Notes: generated by a model from the letters alone, not told the origin. A stretch of 64,000 nt of DNA from Myxococcota bacterium (GCA_036149055.1 JAYZQJ010000004.1:32001-96000), one strand, 5' to 3'. Shown: positions 27,810-38,216, numbered from the stretch's first letter. Program-made: numbers and translations.

Positions 27810-30800
27810 ATGAGCAGCTTCGATCAGGTCCAGCTCGTCCTCGGTGCGCTGCGCGATCAGCTCCAGCGCTCGCCGGAGCTCTCCCGGGCGTTGCACGACG
27901 CCTGGCGGAGCGGGCGCTTCGAGTCCAGCGCGAGCCTGCCCGCCGACGCGATCGAGGCCGCCAACGGCGCCGACGCGGCCCTCCGGGAGTGGACCGCTTC
28001 CAGCCACGACCCGCAGGCGTTCCGCGGCGCCTTCGACGGCCCGGAGGCGGATCTCGTCTTCCTCTGGTGCGCCGCCAACGCCCCCCGCAGCGACGCGCGC
28101 CTCGCGCCGATCCTCGCCGCCGGGGCCCGGCACCCCGAGCACGGAGAGCGGGCGCTCTTCGTCGCCCGGAACCGCATCGTGCAGGGGCCGCTCGAGGACG
28201 CGCTCCGCTGCGCGCCGCTCCTCGGCTCGCTCGACCGCCCGGAGAGCTTCGACGCGGCCGCCCGCATGGAGATCCTGCTCTGGGAGGCGGGCTCGCGCGC
28301 GCTGCAGCTGCCGGAGCTGGGCAAGTGGATCTGGGGCGCGAGCGAGACCTTCGAGGCGGTGGTCGGCCACCCGGCGCGCGGCTCGCTGCGGGGCCGGGTG
28401 CTCGCCGCGCGCTCGCTGGAGGTGTCGGTGTGCGGCATGCCGCCGATGACCGATCCGCAGCTCGTCGGGCGCACGCTCCAGGCCCTGCAGCCGCTCCTCC
28501 TGCACCCGGAGCCGCTCGTCTGGATCCACGCGGCGCGCTCGTTCGGTCGGCTCGCCGGCGCGTTCGAGCCCCTCGAGGGCACGCTGCTCGACTGGGTGCA
28601 CGGCGCGACCCCGGTGCTCCGGCAGCGGGCGCTGACGGCGTTCGCCTCGCTCCCCGCCGAGCGCCTCATCTTCCTCGGGCATCAGCTCGAGGCGATCATC
28701 GACGCGCCGGAGAACGAGGACTGGGTGCTCGCGGCCGCGGCGGCGGCGACCCCCTATCTGCTGCACGAGCGGCCGGATCTCTGGCGCCGGCTCTGCGCGC
28801 GCATCGTCGACGGAGACGGCGGCGCGGTCGCGGCCCGAGCCCTGGCGCGCGGGCTGGCCACGCTCTGGCGGCGCGGTGAGCGCGAGGTGGTGGAGAAGCC
28901 CTGGCGGGATCTCCGGCAGCGCGCGCGGCACGCCCGGGTCGAGGGCGTGGACGAGTGGCGCCGCTGGCTCGAGACGATCGCGGTCACCGATCCGGTCGAC
29001 GACGCGGAGCGCGACCCGCTCGACATCGAGCTCGGCCTCGAGAACCTGGTCCGCCTCGCCGCGCAGTACGACGACGAGGAGGCCGACGCGCGGGCCGCGC
29101 GCTTCGCGGGCACGCTGGCCGCGACGTTCTCGGAGGCGCGCCGCATCGTGCTCGGCCCGGGCTCGCTCCGGCACCGCGCCTCGGCGATGAACGCCTTCGA
29201 GGGCTGCGCGCGCTCGCTCGCGCTCCGGCTCTGGGGCCCGATGCTCGCGACCCGGCCGCAGGGCGATCCGATCGCGGAGCCGAACCTCGAGGAGACGTGG
29301 GAGCTGGTGGCCCGCGCGCCCGCCGAGCTGCTCGACCTCGTGAAGGAGCGGCGCGGCGAGGGCAAGGCCGAGGACGGCTTCGACGTGGCCCTCGAGGTGC
29401 TCGCCCTGAAGATCGGCGGCTACGCGCTCGACGCCTGCGGGCAGGACAGCGACCTCGGCCCGGGCAGCGGGCCCACCGCGCACGAGACGTGCCGCTGGCT
29501 CCGCAAGCTCGAGGGGCTCGCCGACGGCTCCCGGGAGCTGCCCGCGCCGCTCGAGTCCGCCCTGAGCGCGCTCTTCTGGCGCCTCGTCGACACCACGCGC
29601 GGCACCGCCCTCGGCGAGGTCGACGACGTCGCCTGGCTCGGGCCGTTCGCGGCGTGGTGGGCGCTCGTCATCGACCGGCCGGCCATCCTGCAGCGGCTCG
29701 CCACCGCGCTGCCGATGATCGCCGACGGCGCCCTGGAGCGCTGCTGCGAGCTCGCGGACAAGACGCGCAAGACGCTCTCCTCGGGGCAGGCCAACGGCGC
29801 GTGGGGCGAGACGGTGCGCGAGAGCCTCGCGGAGCTGAAGGCGGCCGACACCGAGCTCGGCGCGTCGCTCCTCGACCTCGCCCGCGCGCTCGACGAGTTC
29901 AAGGAGGCCAAGGGGCCGCTGCCCGATCTCGAAGCGCTGTGCCTGCAGCTGGTCATCGCGGCCGAGCGCCTCCAGGCCGCGCTCGCCGATCCGGTGCGCG
30001 CGCTCCACACCGCCGAGCACGACGGAGACGGCTCCGGCCAGCGCCAGGAGAACGCCCCGCGCATGGCCTCGGTCGTGGCCCGCGCGATCCGTCGCCGCGA
30101 GCCGGCGCTGCTCGAGGTGTGGTTCGCCTCGCTCGGGCCGATGACCTCGTCGCTCGTCGAGGCGTCGGTCAGCGCGGCGATGAAGCGCACGCCGCCGCCG
30201 CCGCCCACCAAGCAGAAGGCCAAGAAGAAGATCGTCGGCTACGAGCTGATCAAGCCGCTCGGCGAGGGCGGCATCGGCAGCGTGTGGCTCGTGCGCAAGC
30301 CGGGCGCCGATCGCTTCTTCGTGCTCAAGATCCCGAAGGCCGACGTGCTCGCGAGCGCGACCGAGTCCGAGCGCGAGAAGATCCTCGCCTCGTTCCACGA
30401 CGAGGCGCGCGCGCTCGCCGGGCTCTACCACCCCAACGTCGCCAACATCATCGACCGCGGCGTCGAGGACGACGTCCCCTACCTCGTGCTCGAGTACCTG
30501 ATCGGCGCCGACCTCAAGATGTACTCGAGCGCCCGGCCGATGACCCTCTTCGAGCTGCGCAAGGTCGTCGGCGAGAGCTGCGCCGGGCTGACCGCGCTCC
30601 ACGGCGCGGGCCTGGTGCACAGGGACATCAAGCCCGCCAACCTCTGGCTGCGGCTCCCGCTCGCGGGCGGCCAGAAGTTCGACCCCGACAAGCACCGCGA
30701 CCCCGCCGCCGCTCAGCCGCTGGCCACGGTGATCATCGACTTCGGCATGGTCCGCGCGACCCGGGTCGAGGCCGACGTGGGCGGCAAGTTCGTCGCCGGG

Positions 30801-31100
30801 ACGCCGGGGTACATCGCGCCCGAGCAGGTGCTCGACCCGGTGGAGCTCGACGGGCGCGCCGACGTCTACGCGCTCGCCGGCACCCTCTACAACGTCACCA
30901 CCGGGCGCACCTTCTTCGACGAGATCGAGGATCCGCGTCAGCGCATCGTGGCCCACATGCGCGAGGATCCGCTCGAGAACGCCGACCTCTCGAGCTACCC
31001 GGCCGCGCTCGTGAAGCTGATGCGCGCCGCCACCGCCCGGGAGTGGAAGGACCGCCCCACGCCGCTCGAGTTCGGGCGCGCCTTCGCGGAGCTGATTTGA
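27810..31100 (+). CDS. Large Ser/Thr protein kinase with ~800-aa helical N-terminal region
   Basis: C-terminal LGEGGIGSV, VLK, HRDIKPAN, DFG, GTPGYIAPE; start re-picked at MSSFDQ. Confidence 0.88.
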   Translation: MSSFDQVQLVLGALRDQLQRSPELSRALHDAWRSGRFESSASLPADAIEAANGADAALREWTASSHDPQAFRGAFDGPEADLVFLWCAANAPRSDARLAPILAAGARHPEHGERALFVARNRIVQGPLEDALRCAPLLGSLDRPESFDAAARMEILLWEAGSRALQLPELGKWIWGASETFEAVVGHPARGSLRGRVLAARSLEVSVCGMPPMTDPQLVGRTLQALQPLLLHPEPLVWIHAARSFGRLAGAFEPLEGTLLDWVHGATPVLRQRALTAFASLPAERLIFLGHQLEAIIDAPENEDWVLAAAAAATPYLLHERPDLWRRLCARIVDGDGGAVAARALARGLATLWRRGEREVVEKPWRDLRQRARHARVEGVDEWRRWLETIAVTDPVDDAERDPLDIELGLENLVRLAAQYDDEEADARAARFAGTLAATFSEARRIVLGPGSLRHRASAMNAFEGCARSLALRLWGPMLATRPQGDPIAEPNLEETWELVARAPAELLDLVKERRGEGKAEDGFDVALEVLALKIGGYALDACGQDSDLGPGSGPTAHETCRWLRKLEGLADGSRELPAPLESALSALFWRLVDTTRGTALGEVDDVAWLGPFAAWWALVIDRPAILQRLATALPMIADGALERCCELADKTRKTLSSGQANGAWGETVRESLAELKAADTELGASLLDLARALDEFKEAKGPLPDLEALCLQLVIAAERLQAALADPVRALHTAEHDGDGSGQRQENAPRMASVVARAIRRREPALLEVWFASLGPMTSSLVEASVSAAMKRTPPPPPTKQKAKKKIVGYELIKPLGEGGIGSVWLVRKPGADRFFVLKIPKADVLASATESEREKILASFHDEARALAGLYHPNVANIIDRGVEDDVPYLVLEYLIGADLKMYSSARPMTLFELRKVVGESCAGLTALHGAGLVHRDIKPANLWLRLPLAGGQKFDPDKHRDPAAAQPLATVIIDFGMVRATRVEADVGGKFVAGTPGYIAPEQVLDPVELDGRADVYALAGTLYNVTTGRTFFDEIEDPRQRIVAHMREDPLENADLSSYPAALVKLMRAATAREWKDRPTPLEFGRAFAELI

Positions 31101-31702
31101 GCCGCGCGGCGGCCCTGCTGCCGTTGCTGACGCTGGCGCTCGCGTCCGCGGCCAGCGCGCAAGGCGTCCCGTCTCCGCCCGCCCGCTACGGCGCCGAGGG
31201 AAGCGCGCCGCCGGCCGCTCGAGGCGGGCTCGACACACCCCGCGGCTACCAGGCAGCCCCGCCGCGGGAGTCCGAGGTCACCGTCGTGGCCTGGGGCGAG
31301 ACCGAGCTCCGGCTGCACCTCCGCTCGCTCGACGGCGGATCGGCGCCCGCGCCCTGCACCGCGCCTTGCGCTCTCACGCTGGCGCCCGGCCGCTACGTGA
31401 TGGAGGTCCAGCCGCGGGGCGGGGGCCCGTTCACCGCCGACGAGAGCCCGCAGTACTTCGGGGTCGGCCCGCACGTGATGCAGCTCAGCTACGACCGCCG
31501 CAGCGGGCTGAGAGCGCTGGGCTGGGTCTTCTTCTCGATGGCCGCGACCGCGCTCGCGCTCACCTTCCCCTTCGGGCCGATCATCGGCGCGGTCATCGGC
31601 GCGCCGATCGCCGCCGCGCTCCTGATCCCCTGGCTCCCGCTCGCGCTCCTGCGCGACTCGGTGCACGCGCAGCTCACGCCGGTGCCGCTCTTCCGTCCGT
31701 AG
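31097..31702 (+). CDS. Hypothetical exported/membrane protein
   Basis: TTG start overlapping the kinase stop; signal peptide (ASA-Q), CTAPC motif, two C-terminal TM helices. Confidence 0.65.
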   Translation: MSRAAALLPLLTLALASAASAQGVPSPPARYGAEGSAPPAARGGLDTPRGYQAAPPRESEVTVVAWGETELRLHLRSLDGGSAPAPCTAPCALTLAPGRYVMEVQPRGGGPFTADESPQYFGVGPHVMQLSYDRRSGLRALGWVFFSMAATALALTFPFGPIIGAVIGAPIAAALLIPWLPLALLRDSVHAQLTPVPLFRP

Positions 31703-32365
31703 TCAGCGGCTGCACACGCCGGCCAGGCAGCGCAGGCCCATCGCGCAGTCGGCGTCCGCGACGCAGTCGCCCACGCAGGCCTCGTCGATGATGAAGTCGC
31801 AGTCGTCGTCGATCCCGTCGCAGGCCTCGGCCGCGCCGGGGAAGACGGTGCCGTCGCTGTCGTCGCAGTCGATCGGGGAGGTCAGCCCGTCGCCGTCGCT
31901 GTCCAGCACCGGGCAGCGCTGGCCGCCGAACATCCCGTCGTCGGGCGCGCAGTCCACCGCGTCGGGCGAGCCGTCGCCGTCTCGGTCCGGGCCGGGCGTG
32001 GTCTCCACCGCCGACGTGCCGGGCCCCGCCGTCACCGCCACGAGGAACACGTCCGCCTCGTCGGTCAGCGCCTCGAGGTAGAGCACGGGCGGTCCGGCGG
32101 CGCCGAGCCCCCGCACCGCGAACGAGCCGTCGGGCGAGACCGGGGTCTCCCTCGCGTCGCGGTCGCTGCTGACCCGCAACGCGAGCAGCTCGCCGGAGAG
32201 CGCGCCCGCCGCGCCGAGCAGGTCCACCCGCTCCGGCTGGCCCGCCTCGACGAGGCTCATCTGGCGCACGTCGGCGGTCGGTGGCGTCGGGAGCGGCGTG
32301 GCCACGCAGCTGCCGAGCGCGATCCCGAGCAGTGCAATGAAGAGTGTCGCGAGCGTGCTTCGCAA
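31703..32365 (-). CDS. Lipoprotein with putative metal-binding (MopE-related / DCDD...PGAxE.C.GIDDDCD) motifs
   Basis: LGSC lipobox; DRDGDG, DCDDSDGTVFPGAAEACDGIDDDCD motif; start uncertain (TTG 32365). Confidence 0.7.
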   Translation of the reverse strand: MRSTLATLFIALLGIALGSCVATPLPTPPTADVRQMSLVEAGQPERVDLLGAAGALSGELLALRVSSDRDARETPVSPDGSFAVRGLGAAGPPVLYLEALTDEADVFLVAVTAGPGTSAVETTPGPDRDGDGSPDAVDCAPDDGMFGGQRCPVLDSDGDGLTSPIDCDDSDGTVFPGAAEACDGIDDDCDFIIDEACVGDCVADADCAMGLRCLAGVCSR

Positions 32366-32442
32366 GGGAGTTCTCCGCGCCTGGAGGGGGTTGTCGCTCA
32401 GGCGCGGCCTCGCCGCAATCGGGCGAGGCCGCGGGAAGGGGC

Positions 32443-33435
32443 TCAGGGCGCCGCGCAGCGCCCGCCGCTGCAGATCTCGCCCATCGCGCAGTCGGCGTCG
32501 GAGCGGCACGCCGCGCCGCACGCCGCCTCGTCGATCACTCCGTCGCAGTCGTCGTCCAGGCCGTTGCAGCTCTCCGCCGCGCCGGGGTGCACGCTCGCGT
32601 CGTGGTCGTCGCAGTCCGCCGGCGCCGCGTGACCGTCGCCGTCCGCGTCGCTCCCCACGCACATGCCGGCGCTCGAGCAGATCATGCCCATCGCGCAGTC
32701 GGCGTCGCTCGCGCAGGGGCAAGCGTCCCACTCGTCCACCAGCCCGTCGTGGTCGTCGTCGATGCCGTTGCCGCAGATCTCGGTCCCGACCTGGCAGACG
32801 CCCGACACGCAGACCTCACCGCGCGCGCAGTCCGCGTCGGCGGCGCACGCGCTCGGCGGCGGGCAGCCCTCGTCGATCATGCCGTCGCCGTCGTCGTCGA
32901 GCCCGTTGTCGCAGACCTCGGCCACGCCGCTCGGCTGGCAGACGCCGCGCACGCAGAGCTCGCCCGCGGCGCAGTCGGCGTCGGCGGCGCACGCCGAGCC
33001 GCAGTCCTCGTCGATCAGGCCGTCGCCGTCGTCGTCGAGGCCGTTGCCGCAGACCTCGCCCGCGGCCGAGACGCAGCTCCCGCCCGCGCAGCGCGCGCCC
33101 ATCGGGCACTCCGCGTCGCTCGCGCAGGTCCACGGCGCCGGCGGCGTCGCGCAGGCGCCGGCCACGCACGCCTCCCCCATCGCGCAGTCGGCGTCGCTCG
33201 CGCAGCTGCCCGCGGCGGTCGCCCAGCACACCCCGTCGCGGCAGACGGCGCCCGCCGCGCAGTCCGCGTCCGCGCGGCACACGTCGTGACAGAGCCCGTC
33301 GACGCAGCGCGCGCCCCCCGCGCAGGTGCCGTCCATCGCGCACAGCGGCGCGCGATAGCCGCCCGTCTCCGGGGTGCCCGTACATCCCCCGACCGTCAGC
33401 GCCGCCAAAGCCATCGAAAGTGTCCATCGAGCCAT
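32443..33435 (-). CDS. Cys-rich lipoprotein with alternating CxSDADC and EVCxNGLDDDGDG repeats
   Basis: VGGC lipobox; ~7 CxxDADC modules and 4 metal-binding-type motifs; RBS AAGGAG upstream. Confidence 0.85.
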   Translation of the reverse strand: MARWTLSMALAALTVGGCTGTPETGGYRAPLCAMDGTCAGGARCVDGLCHDVCRADADCAAGAVCRDGVCWATAAGSCASDADCAMGEACVAGACATPPAPWTCASDAECPMGARCAGGSCVSAAGEVCGNGLDDDGDGLIDEDCGSACAADADCAAGELCVRGVCQPSGVAEVCDNGLDDDGDGMIDEGCPPPSACAADADCARGEVCVSGVCQVGTEICGNGIDDDHDGLVDEWDACPCASDADCAMGMICSSAGMCVGSDADGDGHAAPADCDDHDASVHPGAAESCNGLDDDCDGVIDEAACGAACRSDADCAMGEICSGGRCAAP

Positions 33436-33489
33436 CTCGGTCTCGCTCCTTTCCGGACGGGCGCCGTGCCCGCCGCTGGACCGCCCTGG

Positions 33490-33505
33490 AGCAACCGGAG
33501 TGCCA
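33490..33505 (-). promoter_or_regulatory. sigma54 -24/-12 promoter for the Cys-rich lipoprotein pair
   Basis: Reverse strand reads TGGCAC-TCCGG-TTGCT, a consensus match; divergent from a sigma54 activator. Confidence 0.8.
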
Positions 33506-33595
33506 GCCTGGTGACCTCAATGATTCCAGTGGGTTATGCGATGATGCCGGGACGCGGTGCGTCACTGTTACGAATAGGTGTAACGTATCTGCGAC

Positions 33596-36500
33596 ATGGG
33601 CTGGAGCGAGCGCCGCTACGTCGTCGAGGAGACGCTGGGGCCCGGGGTCTCCCGGGCGCGGGACCGGCTCCGGGGCCGGCGGGTGGTGCTGAAGCGCGCG
33701 TCCGCCGACCAGCCCGGGGCGCTCGAGCGAGAGCACGCGCTGCTGCTGCGGCTGCGCCACCCGGCCTTTCGGCGACTGCTCGGCGCGCACCGGGCCGACG
33801 CGGACGAGCTGGTGCTCGAGCACGTGGAGGGCCGCGCGCCCAGTGCGGCGAGCGAGGTCGCGGTGCCGCTGCTGCGCGCGCTGCTCCACCTCCACGAGCG
33901 CGGCTGGGTGCACGGGGACCTGAAGCCCGAGAACCTCATCGTCGCCGACGGGCGCCTGCGGGTGCTGGACCTTGGGCTCGCGGCGCGGATCGGCGGGGCT
34001 CCGTCCGGGGGCACGCGCGGGCAGCTGGCCCCCGAGCTGCTCCGTGGGGCTCCGGCGTCGGTGGCGAGCGATCTCTTCGCGCTCGGTCGCACGCTGCAGC
34101 GTCTCGGCGCCGAGGGCGAGCTCGGGCGATGGGCGAGGCGGGCGGCGGCCGAGGCTCCGGACGCTCGACCTGCGTCCGCGGCCGCCGCGCTGGTCGCGCT
34201 CGGGGTGATGCCGACCCCCGCCGATCGCGCGGGGCTCCTGCCGTGGCGTGGCGTGGACGTGGTGGAGCGCGCGGCCGGCGCGCTGCGTGGGGGCAGGGCG
34301 CTCGTGCTCGGCGCGCCACCCGGCGCGGGGCGGACCCGCGTCGCCACCGAGCTCGGCCTGCGGCTCGCCGCGGCCTGGCGTCCGCTCGCCGACGTGTCGC
34401 TCCGGGAGCCCGCGGCCCTGGCCGCCCTGGCGGCGCTCTACGGCGAGACCGAGGGCTCGCTCGAGCGCCGCCTCGCCGCCCTCGCGCCGCGGCTCGCCGA
34501 GGACGGGGTCGCGGTGGTGCTCGACGACGCGGACAGGGCGGGAGACGACGCGCGGGCGGGGCTCGCCGCGCTCGCGGAGGGGCTCGCGCGGGCCGGGGAG
34601 GGGGGCCTCGTGGTGATCGGCGCCGACGAGGCGACGTCGGCGCGTCTCGAGGACGCGGGCGCGGAGGTGACCGCGATCCCGCCCCTCTCGGCGCCCGACG
34701 TGCGGGGCTTGCTCGAGGACGCGGGCGCGCGGGCCTCGAGCGCGCTGGTCGAGGGGCTGACGGCGGCCAGCGAGGGGCGGGCCGGGGCGGCCGCGGAGGC
34801 GGCGCTGGGGCTCGCGGAGGATCCGAGCTCGAGCGACGCGGAGATCATCGCGGGCGTGGCCCGTCGGCTCCGCCCCGGTCCGGTCGCCGCGCCGGCGGAT
34901 CCGCGGGCGGCGGCGCGGGCCGCGGTGGAGGCGGGCGAGGGGCGGCGCGCGCTCGCGTGGCTCGAGGGCCTCGCCGACCGGGATCCCGCCGACCGCGAGC
35001 TCCGGGTGCGCGCGCTCGAGCTCGCCGGTCGCCTCGGGGAGGCGTTCGAGGCGCTCGACGGAGCGCGAGGCGACGGAGAGCCGAGCAACCGCGCGGCGCG
35101 ACTCGCCGCCAAGCTCGGGCGCTACGAGCAGGTCCTGGAGCTGGCCGACGACGACGCCGAGGGTTGCGCGCTCGCGGCCTCCGCCGCGCTCGCCCTCGGC
35201 CGGCTCGACGACGTGGACCGCCTCGTGGCCCGCGCCGAGGGCCGAGGCGGAGGGGAGGGCCTGGCCTCGATCCGCAGCGACGCCGCCCTCCGCCGCGGAG
35301 ACGCGCGCGCCGCCGAAGCCTTCGCCCGGGAGGCGCGGGCGCACGCCGACGACCCGCGGGCCATCGCCGAGAGCGAGAGCCGGCTCGGCTCCGCGCTCGC
35401 GCTCGGCGGTGATCCACGCGGCGCGCGGGCGCATCACCGCGCCGCCCTCGACGCGGCGGAGCGCGCCGGCGATCCGGCGATGCTCCCGGCCTACGTCATC
35501 AACGTCGCGACCGCGCACCACGCGCTCGGGGAGCTCGGCGCGGCCATGGCGCGCTACGAGCAAGCCGCCCGCCTGAGCGAGCGGCTCGGGCGCGCCTCGA
35601 TGCGGGCGGTCGCGCTCACCAACCTCGCCGGGCTGCTCGTGTCGGTGGGGGCGGTCGCCGAGGCCGAGCCGGTCCTGGCGTCCGCGCGGGCGGCGGCGCG
35701 GGAGAGCGGCGCGTCGCTCTACGAGGCGCAGTGCGCGCTCATCGACGCCGAGCGTCTCGGCGCCGCCGACGTCGAGGCGGGAGCGCGGGCGGCGCGCGCG
35801 GCGGCCGTCGCCTTCGAGGCCTGCGGGGCCGCGCGCCAGGCGCTCGAGGCGGCGCTCCTCGAGGCGGAGCTGTCGAAGGACGACGCCTGGGTGAGCGCGC
35901 GCCGCGCGGCCCTCGAGGACGCGGGGCTCGGCGATCGGGCCGCCCTGCTCGAGGCCCGGGTGGCGGCCGACGCCGGAGCGCTCGGGCCGGCGCTGGAGGC
36001 GGCGACCGTCGCCGCGGAGTCGCAAGACGCCGTGCACCGCGCGAGGGCGCTGGAGCTGGCCGCGGAGCTCGCTCGACGGCGAGGTGACGCCGACGCGAGT
36101 CAGCGCGCGGACGCCGCTCGCGCCGCGGTCGAGGGGGTGGCCGACGCCTTGCCGGCGGGGCTGCGCGAGCGCTGGCTCGGCGGCGCGCTCCGGCCCGAGG
36201 TCGCGGCGGCGCCGGCTCCGGGCGGCCGGCTCGGCGAGGGAGGTCGGCGGCTGCTCTCCCTCGTGCGCCGCGTGCTCCTCGAGGGCGACGAGCGCCGGGT
36301 CCTCGAGGCCGCGGTGGACGAGGCCGTCGCCTCCACCCGCGCCGAGCGCGCCTTCCTGCTCCGAGCCGCCGACCGGCCCGGGGACGGAGAGGTGGTGATC
36401 GCGCGCAACCTCGACCGGGACACGATCCGGAGCGGCCGCTTCAGCCGCTCGGTGGCGGAGCGCGTGCTCGTGACCGGCGAGCCCGTGTTGACCGAGATGG

Positions 36501-37753
36501 CCACCGCCGACCCCTCGCTCGCCAGCGCGCGCAGCGTCGCCGATCTGGGCCTGCGCTCGATCCTCTGCGCGCCGGTCCGCGGCCCGGAGCGGGTCATCGG
36601 GGCGCTCTACCTCGATCATCGCTTCGAGACCGCGCGCTTCGGCGGTGACGATCTGGAGCTGATCGGCGCCCTGGCCGACGTGATCGGGATGGCGCTCGAG
36701 AACGCCCGGCTGCACCGCGAGGCGGAGGCGAGGGCCCGTCAGCTCGAGCGGATCAACGCGGAGATCCGGGAAGAGAACGTGCGCGCGGCCATCCGGCTCG
36801 AGCGGCTCGAGCAGCGCCTCGCGACCGAGGAGACGGGGGCGAGCGCGACCGGGATCGTCGGCGAGAGCCGGGCTCTGCGGCGCGCGCTCGCGGTGGCCCG
36901 TCGGGTCGCGCCGAGCGATCTCTCGGTGCTCGTCGAGGGCGAGAGCGGCACGGGCAAGGAGCTGTTCGCGCGCTTCGTGCACGCCGAGAGCCACCGCAGC
37001 AGCGGCCCGTTCCTCGCGATCAACTGCGGCGCGCTGCCGGAGACGCTCCTCGAGTCGGAGCTCTTCGGGCACGTGCGCGGCGCCTTCACCGGCGCGCAGC
37101 GCGACCACCCGGGCCTGTTCCGCAGCGCGCGCGGCGGCACGCTCTTCCTGGACGAGATCGGCGAGATGCCGCCGCGCATGCAGACGCGCCTGCTCCGGGT
37201 GCTCCAGGAGCGCGAGGTGCGGGCGGTGGGCGCCGAGCGGCCCGAGCCGGTCGACGTGCGCGTCGTCGCGGCGACCAACCGAGATCTCTCGGCCGCGCTC
37301 GCGCAGGGGACGTTCCGGGAGGACCTCTTCTACCGGCTGGTGGGGGTGCGCATCGCGCTGCCTCCGCTGCGGGAGCGGCGCGATGACGTCCCGCGGCTGG
37401 CGGCGCACGCGCTCGAGCGCATCGCCGAGGAGCCGGGCATGCGGGCGGTGACGCTCTCGAAGGCGGCGCTCGCCGCGCTGCTGCTGCACGACTGGCCGGG
37501 GAACGTGCGGGAGCTCTGGCAGACGCTCCGGCGCGCGGTGCTGGTGGCGGAGGGCGACGCGATCGAGCCGGAGGATCTCGCGCTCGGGAGTGGGCCGGCG
37601 ATGGACCGGCGCGCGGCGCTCCGCCGCTTCGATCGGCGCCTGGTCGAGGAGGCGCTCCGAGCGGCGGACGGCAACCGCACGGCGGCCGCCAAGGCGCTCG
37701 GGGTGAGCCGCATGACCGTGCATCGCTGGATCAAGCGCTACGACCTCACGTGA
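33596..37753 (+). CDS. Multidomain sigma54 enhancer-binding protein: Ser/Thr kinase - degenerate P-loop - TPR - GAF - AAA+ - Fis HTH
   Basis: HGDLKPEN/DLG/APE; GAPPGAGRT; SILCAP..IGALYLD (GAF); GESGTGKE, GAFTGA, FLDEIGE, WPGNVREL; GNRTAAAKALG. Confidence 0.92.
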   Translation: MGWSERRYVVEETLGPGVSRARDRLRGRRVVLKRASADQPGALEREHALLLRLRHPAFRRLLGAHRADADELVLEHVEGRAPSAASEVAVPLLRALLHLHERGWVHGDLKPENLIVADGRLRVLDLGLAARIGGAPSGGTRGQLAPELLRGAPASVASDLFALGRTLQRLGAEGELGRWARRAAAEAPDARPASAAAALVALGVMPTPADRAGLLPWRGVDVVERAAGALRGGRALVLGAPPGAGRTRVATELGLRLAAAWRPLADVSLREPAALAALAALYGETEGSLERRLAALAPRLAEDGVAVVLDDADRAGDDARAGLAALAEGLARAGEGGLVVIGADEATSARLEDAGAEVTAIPPLSAPDVRGLLEDAGARASSALVEGLTAASEGRAGAAAEAALGLAEDPSSSDAEIIAGVARRLRPGPVAAPADPRAAARAAVEAGEGRRALAWLEGLADRDPADRELRVRALELAGRLGEAFEALDGARGDGEPSNRAARLAAKLGRYEQVLELADDDAEGCALAASAALALGRLDDVDRLVARAEGRGGGEGLASIRSDAALRRGDARAAEAFAREARAHADDPRAIAESESRLGSALALGGDPRGARAHHRAALDAAERAGDPAMLPAYVINVATAHHALGELGAAMARYEQAARLSERLGRASMRAVALTNLAGLLVSVGAVAEAEPVLASARAAARESGASLYEAQCALIDAERLGAADVEAGARAARAAAVAFEACGAARQALEAALLEAELSKDDAWVSARRAALEDAGLGDRAALLEARVAADAGALGPALEAATVAAESQDAVHRARALELAAELARRRGDADASQRADAARAAVEGVADALPAGLRERWLGGALRPEVAAAPAPGGRLGEGGRRLLSLVRRVLLEGDERRVLEAAVDEAVASTRAERAFLLRAADRPGDGEVVIARNLDRDTIRSGRFSRSVAERVLVTGEPVLTEMATADPSLASARSVADLGLRSILCAPVRGPERVIGALYLDHRFETARFGGDDLELIGALADVIGMALENARLHREAEARARQLERINAEIREENVRAAIRLERLEQRLATEETGASATGIVGESRALRRALAVARRVAPSDLSVLVEGESGTGKELFARFVHAESHRSSGPFLAINCGALPETLLESELFGHVRGAFTGAQRDHPGLFRSARGGTLFLDEIGEMPPRMQTRLLRVLQEREVRAVGAERPEPVDVRVVAATNRDLSAALAQGTFREDLFYRLVGVRIALPPLRERRDDVPRLAAHALERIAEEPGMRAVTLSKAALAALLLHDWPGNVRELWQTLRRAVLVAEGDAIEPEDLALGSGPAMDRRAALRRFDRRLVEEALRAADGNRTAAAKALGVSRMTVHRWIKRYDLT

Positions 37754-38195
37754 CGGCTGCCTCTTCGAGGTGAGACGTGCACTGCGGGCAGCGGAGCGCC
37801 GTCTCGTCGATGTGCGACCGGCAGAAGGGGCAGGGCTTCGTCTTCTCCGCCGGCGGGGTGTCGGGGCGCCGGAGCCGGTTGATCCACCGCACCATGAAGA
37901 AGAGCGCGAGCGCCACGAGCGTGAAGCTCACCGCCTCGTTGGCCAGCTCGCCGTACGCGATCACCGTCGCGCCCGCCTCCCGGGCCGCCGCCGCGGTGGC
38001 GTACTCGCCCTCGCCCTCGAGCAGGAGGTAGTGCGCCGAGAAGTCGAGGCCGCCGGTCAGCAAGCCCAGGGCTGGCATGAGCACGTCGTCGACCACGGAC
38101 TGCACGATGGCGGTGAAGGCGGCGCCGAGGATGATGCCGACCGCCATGTCGACCACGTTGCCCTTGATCGCGAACTCGCGGAATTCCTTCAGCAC
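37746..38195 (-). CDS. mscL: Large-conductance mechanosensitive channel with C-terminal CxxC...CxxC
   Basis: MLKEFREFAIKGNVVDMAVGIILGAAF signature. Confidence 0.95.
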   Translation of the reverse strand: MLKEFREFAIKGNVVDMAVGIILGAAFTAIVQSVVDDVLMPALGLLTGGLDFSAHYLLLEGEGEYATAAAAREAGATVIAYGELANEAVSFTLVALALFFMVRWINRLRRPDTPPAEKTKPCPFCRSHIDETALRCPQCTSHLEEAAVT

Positions 38196-38216
38196 GCGAG
38201 GGAGATAGCCCCACCT

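Noticed and set aside
37746..37840. Zinc-finger tail on MscL as a novelty
   Set aside because: CxxC...CxxC tails are, to my knowledge, common among MscL homologues.
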